Shown here: positions 38,289-43,772 of the stretch, piece after piece
Numbering within the stretch: the first letter of the stretch is position 1
Layout: every line of letters begins with the position of its first letter
DNA from: Catajapyx aquilonaris
Taxonomy: Eukaryota
Assembly: GCA_000934665.2 (NCBI GenBank)
Contig: KZ538861.1
Coordinates: forward strand, 1 to 43,772
Reading direction: 5' to 3'
Length of the DNA stretch: 43,772 nt
Position numbers and translations under genes: made by a program
The notes under the pieces: generated by a model
Databases searched by the model: none
Seen by the model: only the letters and a program-made list of their open reading frames with translations
Told to the model about the DNA's origin: nothing

Positions 38289-38334
38289 GAGCATACTGCT
38301 CCGGCTGGTCGGGTGTCCCGATAAGGTCGTCAAG

Positions 38335-38388
38335 ATGAAGGCCTTACTATTTATCATCCCGCTCTCAACTCTGCTGATAACTGTTCAG
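38335..38388 (+). CDS. Exon 1 (signal peptide MKALLFIIPLSTLLITVQ)
   Basis: CAAG-ATG start context, hydrophobic core, donor CAG|GTATTG. Confidence 0.75.
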
Positions 38389-40217
38389 GTATTGTGATTT
38401 TCATATTTATAGAATTGATGTCAATCGAAAAATTTGCGGACGCATTCCCTTGCTTGGTTTCTCTAGGGCGTACCTGCAGATGCGTTCCTGAATGTTATGA
38501 TGCAGATGTACCCACAGACTACTCAAAAAGTGAAACTGCTCACCATTAAACTTCAACCTGAAGTTCAGAAGGCTGTTTCGACATTCAGACACCACGCTGA
38601 TATTGCGGCAAAACTGTTGGAGGTGTGTTACTATTGAATATGTGCATGCTACTTTGACCCATAATCTCCATTGAACTTGGATTTGAAGAATTAAAATGTC
38701 GAACAACGAAAGTCACTATCGAATTAAAAATCGTACTTCGAGATATGCCAGTTTGATAGGTCGCAAGTTTGGATTAAACGTATTCCTTTTTTGAAACATT
38801 TCTGTATGGAATATTTTAACATTATATATTTCGTAGAAAACGTGCTTGTTCATCAGAACGTATTTAGGTCAAAAAGTTAGGCAATTGGTAGTCACATGAG
38901 TCAGAACTTTAGCAAGGTGAAAGATAGGGGGGAAACCCTAGTGCTGATGATTGTAAATTTGGCGCAACATTTTTGACAGCTAGTATGTGGCAAGAACTAT
39001 CTTAAATTACGCGCAGCTAATTTTTGACCAAAATGTGATTTGATTCTGTAAATCAAGATTGATATCGGATCCGGCACAACAATTGGTCTGACAAAATATA
39101 AGATTTTGGAGTTTCCGCGGATGTTTTGCATGCGGACGGTCTCCAAATTTTCGATTTTGTCAGATATCTATAGTTGTGCAGGTCAGGTTTCCATATTGAA
39201 AATTTCCTGCGTTCTGCTTCCAATAAAGAAGAATAAATGTTCCCTACTTTACTCAGTCAAAACTGGACGATATTATTCCTGGGTGATAATATACGCATGT
39301 TATTGAACTGTCTAAGAGACTACAAATCGAGTAGATGTCAAGTAGAGCAAATCTATTCATTGGATGAGACTGCGATGAAAACAATTATTGGGAGCAGGAA
39401 GAATCCAATAAATTTGTAGCAACTCTGAAGAGTACTCGTACGAAATCCAGCATGTGAACACGTAATATCCTGAAAGTACGTACTGTATATGATCTTATAT
39501 TGTTTAATGACGCAAACACTTCGTTTTATTTATGCTAATGCCCTGTATACCAATCACAAGCGGCCTTTATAGCACAACTGTACAAACTGTATAGAGTTTA
39601 TAAATTATAATTCGAGAGAAAACTTACTTTCAAAGCGACATAAATTAATGCATGCTACATTGATGCAATGGTCAATGATTGCAAAAGTTTTCACGAGTTA
39701 CGACATAATATTCTGATTCCACAGCCAAGGTTTGCCAAACTCCAAGAGCAGTTGGAGAACATTCCTGCGGATAAGATCCTGAGGGAAGCCTTGATTCTGC
39801 AAGACGAGGTAGTTCCCCATGTTGTTCAGTTTGTCAATAACGCGTGCCTGGAAGCAATCGCAACGCTAGAAGAGATCAGGGGAATTGTTACCGAGGCGGT
39901 GGAAAATACCAGACCAGATTGGGACGACTTACTGGAGAAAGTATGGGTAATCTCAACTGTCAGGCCTGTCACAGAGTCACAACATCATTTTGTCGCAGGT
40001 TGGGCCCAAACTGGTGAATTTTTACCGGAAGCTTATCCAGCCGGAGTTGGTGAAAGCCATACCCATTGCGGAGGACATTATGGAAATAGCAGATCTGGTG
40101 AGTGCCAAGTACAACAAGGCTGCAAAGAAGCACTACGATGCGGTTCAAAAGGACCTGGGGCCACTAGCTATGGAGGTCCTGGCCGTCATGAGGAAGGAGA
40201 TAGGCCACCGTTTCTAA
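38335..40217 (+). CDS. Secreted amphipathic alpha-helical protein, exchangeable-apolipoprotein-like, about 214 aa; join(38335..38388,38467..38622,39725..39940,39999..40217)
   Basis: Four exons join through phase-0 GT-AG introns (78, 1102 and 58 bp) into an uninterrupted frame: MKALLFIIPLSTLLITVQ|GVPADAFLNVMMQMYPQTTQKVKLLTIKLQPEVQKAVSTFRHHADIAAKLLE|PRFAKLQEQLENIPADKILREALILQDEVVPHVVQFVNNACLEAIATLEEIRGIVTEAVENTRPDWDDLLEK|VGPKLVNFYRKLIQPELVKAIPIAEDIMEIADLVSAKYNKAAKKHYDAVQKDLGPLAMEVLAVMRKEIGHRF*. It has a signal-peptide-like N-terminus, a TATA box upstream and two AATAAA downstream. The product call is an inference. Confidence 0.8.
38467..38622 (+). CDS. Exon 2 (52 aa)
   Basis: Acceptor TTTCTCTAG|GGC and donor GAG|GTGTGT. 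The frame is open and helical; it is absent from the ORF track. Confidence 0.72.
39725..39940 (+). CDS. Exon 3 (72 aa)
   Basis: Acceptor TTCTGATTCCACAG|CCA and donor AAA|GTATGG (an alternative in-frame GTAATC lies 6 nt later). It is part of ORF 39668..40246. Confidence 0.8.
39999..40217 (+). CDS. Exon 4 (72 aa plus TAA)
   Basis: Acceptor TTTTGTCGCAG|GTT. It corresponds to ORF 39990..40217, and the 58-bp intron explains the frame switch from ORF 39668. Confidence 0.82.
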   Translation, partial: VGPKLVNFYRKLIQPELVKAIPIAEDIMEIADLVSAKYNKAAKKHYDAVQKDLGPLAMEVLAVMRKEIGHRF

Positions 40218-40259
40218 CAGGCAGGAGTCACACTAACGTTGTATAGAAATTTTTAGAAC

Positions 40260-40291
40260 AATAAATTGCAGGTTTTTTGCCAGGAAATAAA
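40260..40291 (+). terminator. Polyadenylation signals (AATAAA x2)
   Basis: AATAAA at 40260-40265 and 40286-40291, followed by a GT-rich tract (TTTGTTGTGTTT, about 40310-40322). Confidence 0.65.
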
Positions 40292-42496
40292 ACCATTTTG
40301 CAATTGAAAATTTGTTGTGTTTCTCATCAACATATGGCATCAATTACCTAACATCGGGATGCAATGCACTGGAAAAAAATTAGTCTAATATTTATAACAG
40401 TTGCAGGTACGAAGCTAATAGGTTTTAAAGTCACATTTCAGTATCATTTGTCATTCACTTTTTAAAAATTAATTCTTCACACACCCAGTTCTAATATGAA
40501 AAGAATCAGTGCGCAATCTCGCAAAAGAAATGGAACATATCCAGCAAAAGGTTCAAAGCTTGGTCTCCATCAGCACTCGTTCATCCCAAACGGACTTATT
40601 TTTAGTACAGCTTTCTGGCCGCTTTTTTGGACCGAATGCAATTCTCCGCATTACTTGCCACTCACGCTCAAACCCAACCCCCCATCACATCCTCTCCTCT
40701 CCACCACTTCACGCCCAAAAAAAGAAACCAGCAAAAGAGGGCAAACAGGGAGAGTAGGAAGTCGGAAATGTGCCAAGCTAGACTCACCCTTCCAAATAAT
40801 CACATTCGGACAAAAGTACGCAACTAGGCTGCTTGGAATAGCCACCTTTCCTGCCACGTTCGATATTCCAGGAAGTCCAATTCGTACCAGGAGAAAAGCG
40901 GGATTCAACCCACTCTCAAACTAAGGAAGGCTCCATTCATGTGACGCTTCATCCCCTGGGAAATCCCACAGCTGCGGTAATTCGCCAGGAAACCACCGAA
41001 AGAAGACGAAGACGGCGGCGGTGGCGACGACGACGACGAAAGAAAAAAAAACGGGGATGGAAAGGGAGGCAACTTTATTTTAAAATGGTTGAGTGTTGTT
41101 ATTCCAGAGACCAGAATAAATACGGAACATTATTAACAATTGGGCACCTCTTCAAACGACGTTTAATAACGGTTTTTTATTAGACACCGGAAAAAGGTTT
41201 CAGACAATAACAGGTGTTATTGAACAGCAAGTCAGCAAGTTTCACGTTATTGGCAAACTCATCTTATCTTCCGACGGAGAGGGCAAGCTCGGCTGGAATT
41301 CGCAAATCAAGCGCAACTACCTAATTTGCATTGTGCCGCCATTCTGTTCGGCGTACCGGTATATTGGATAATGGCTATCAAAAGAGAGAGGGGAGTCTAA
41401 CTTATTAGCGGTGTAGTAACCATGAATAATAAAGAAATGCTGGGAGAAAGTATGCTAATAATTTGAAGATTATTTGCAGGCTTATTGGAGTACCAAATTT
41501 ATCTTGTGATGTTATCAAACCCGATATTTAATTTTCGGTCCAGTCAGGATTATGGTTTTACCAGGGTTTTACACAGCATTGAACTATTTTATACGGGGCG
41601 ATACTTCAAGCTTCCAATTCAAGGGAAGATATCGTGGTTTACATCATCAGCAACCAGTTCAAACAGAACATTCAAATTTTTAAATATTATGAAGCCCATT
41701 TTGACAAACTTTGTGGGTGGTAATACCAATCTCAGACGTAACTTTCACACTCTGTATAGGTCCACAGAAGAACAGTTCAAGCATTATTCCACCGTATGGA
41801 CGAAGCGTTTTTCCGTAGCACGCCTGGATGGCGTAACTTGTCTTGCGTAAATTTTGAGTAGCATTTTTTTTCTCTCTCACTCACATACCCTCAATTTACC
41901 TTCCGTCATTTCCGAGACATGCAGTTGATTTTCCTCTTTCACACTCGCTCGGTTTAAACAATGCCTTTAGAACAGCAGGTTAATCGCACTATAATGCTTC
42001 GCTGGTCGTCATGACTGGTCTTTTATCATCTTCCGACTGGATGAACTTTGACAGTGTTATTACTACCCGGCTTGTTTGGATGTCTTACACAACTGTTTTA
42101 CAACTTTTTTTTTACAAAGCTTTCTCCATTACAAAATACGCACTGAAAATGATTGGATGTAAATCCATCGCACGTCTCCATGTGGCATATGAAGCGTGTG
42201 TTGACTCAACTGCTCAACACAAGGCTCAACATGTTGGTGAAGGAAATCTTGCGTGTGATCGCGTAGAAAGCTTTGTAGCGAGGAGATATACTAGTTAGAA
42301 ACGAGTAGTAGGTAGACTAGACGTATCCAGGTGCACTGGCTTGTGCACAAAGCCCAATGATGACAATAGATATTTAGAGGTGTTGGACGGAGACAGCGCG
42401 GAGATGCGATGAAGGCTGCGACTTCCAGAAATTCCATCGGGATCAGGAAATGCGAACTGAAGGAAACGTGGGGTCATTATTTATAGAGATATGAGG

Positions 42497-42557
42497 GTAA
42501 CGGTCCCTCTATGCGTGACATGTAACGGTTACCTTATGCGTGACGTATGACGGTTAC
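42497..42557. repeat. Short tandem repeat, about 25-bp unit (GTAACGGT..C..TATGCGTGAC), about 2.4 copies
   Basis: GTAACGGTCCCTCTATGCGTGACAT / GTAACGGTTACCTTATGCGTGACGT / ATGACGGTTAC. Confidence 0.7.
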
Positions 42558-43772
42558 AATACAGCTTACATCCGCATCTCTTGATATGTCTAGAATAATT
42601 CTCCTGCTTCGAGTTGGTTGATTGGGGAAACCAAAGCAACTAAGGCTATCTGACACCGCCTCTATCTCAACCTAACGTAACGTACCGACACTTCAGTTGC
42701 ATTCCTCTCCTTTTCATTCGCGATTTTTTTATATTCCCCATCCAAACATGTCTGATCGCATGAGTACCGCGGTTTCAAACCACACCAATCCATCAACACT
42801 TCTAAGGGTGAGAATGAAGAACGCGTGGAATTTGGTGGCAGCCTGTACTCACTTTTTCGCCTCGCGTTTCCCTGTCTCATTAAAGGCGACCCTGGACGTA
42901 TGTCTTTGTTCCGGGGCCGAAGTCAAATAATCGTGGTCCGCCCCACCTAATTGATGCCTGTTGTACTACACGGTTGAGCGGAATTCAAACTGGCGCGCAC
43001 ACCAGACAGAAAATGCTGAGGGCTCAAATTAAAATTCATGGGGCCTATTCGATTTCTGGTGGGAAAACCAGCGTAAGTGCAGATGTCATGACCAACTGTT
43101 AATAAGCGCTCCGCAAGGCTGGTACAAAGGCGGGCCTCCAGATTGTGCAGATGTTCCGGACGGGTTTTTGCCGAGCGGGCTTGCCTTCGTCATGTGCAAA
43201 TTACTTGGGTGTACTTGAATTAGCCATGTGTGAAGAAACAAATTTGAAAGAAATTAACCAGATTTTAGCTTCGGTTTTGATGACATGGCCGTCTGCTACT
43301 CACTAGGCTAACTCTGAGTTGGAACTATGCAGGTTAATGTCATGTTTCAGTGCATTAATATGGTGGGAGGCACTTTTTCTTGCGGAATTAACTTATTAAG
43401 CCAATTTTTTAAAATATATTAAATTGAATTCAGTAAGACTCTGAAGTATTATTAGGTACACAGCCTGTTCTAATTAAGGACTGGTTGTATGAACTGAGGT
43501 TAGATTAAATCCGTGTTAATCGATATGTAAACAAGATCCAACTTCGTAATTAACCTTATCTCATGTTTATGGAACCGGCCTTCAGATATTTTCTGCATTG
43601 AGCTGCTATTTTAAGCAGTTATTTTAGAATAATAATTCTAAGAATTGCTATTTATCAAAATATTAGTTGCTAATAGGCTGCTTGTGGGGTTACCAAGTTC
43701 GATAGGATTAGGAATGAGGAGATTTTGGAGAGGTGTAATGTTAAGGAGACTGTTAAAGATAAGGTGTGTAGG

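Noticed and set aside
39425..39445. Hammerhead-ribozyme-like core CTGAAGA-GTACTCGTAC-GAAA in intron 2
   Set aside because: The core and stem II fit, but I found no complementary strands for stems I and III and no correctly placed NUH cleavage triplet. An Infernal search would settle it.
39941..40246. C-terminal half of the 192-aa ORF 39668..40246
   Set aside because: It reads through a 58-bp intron into the wrong frame. The helical protein continues in the 39999..40217 frame.
40941..41183. Protamine-like poly-Arg ORF
   Set aside because: It has a GTG start and derives from a GAC/GGC trinucleotide tract plus a poly-A run; there is no gene structure.
41700..42260. hAT-transposase-like words on the minus strand (FTNMLSLVL, SIRWNN)
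   Set aside because: Two weak motif resemblances with many stops and no TIR/TSD; insufficient without a profile search.

Overview
Eukaryotic, most likely invertebrate metazoan, genomic DNA. The evidence is short GT-AG introns, microsatellites, poly-C tracts and a small N gap; nothing looks prokaryotic. The window is mostly non-coding and rich in non-autonomous DNA transposons with long inverted arms: a TA-flanked Tc1/mariner-type MITE, a Harbinger-like MITE, a TAA-flanked long-TIR element, and an Academ-like TAG...CTA fold-back element nested inside a Sola2-like GGG...CCC element. Several decayed LINE fragments and minisatellites are also present. Only one convincing protein-coding gene can be built: a 4-exon + strand gene (38335-40217, about 214 aa) that the ORF track splits and mis-frames. 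It encodes a signal peptide followed by proline-punctuated amphipathic helices, with several Pro spacings of 11, 22 or 33 residues, resembling an exchangeable apolipoprotein. Most other listed ORFs look spurious or lie within repeats. All alignments and translations were done by eye and no database searches were run, so family assignments are inferences.
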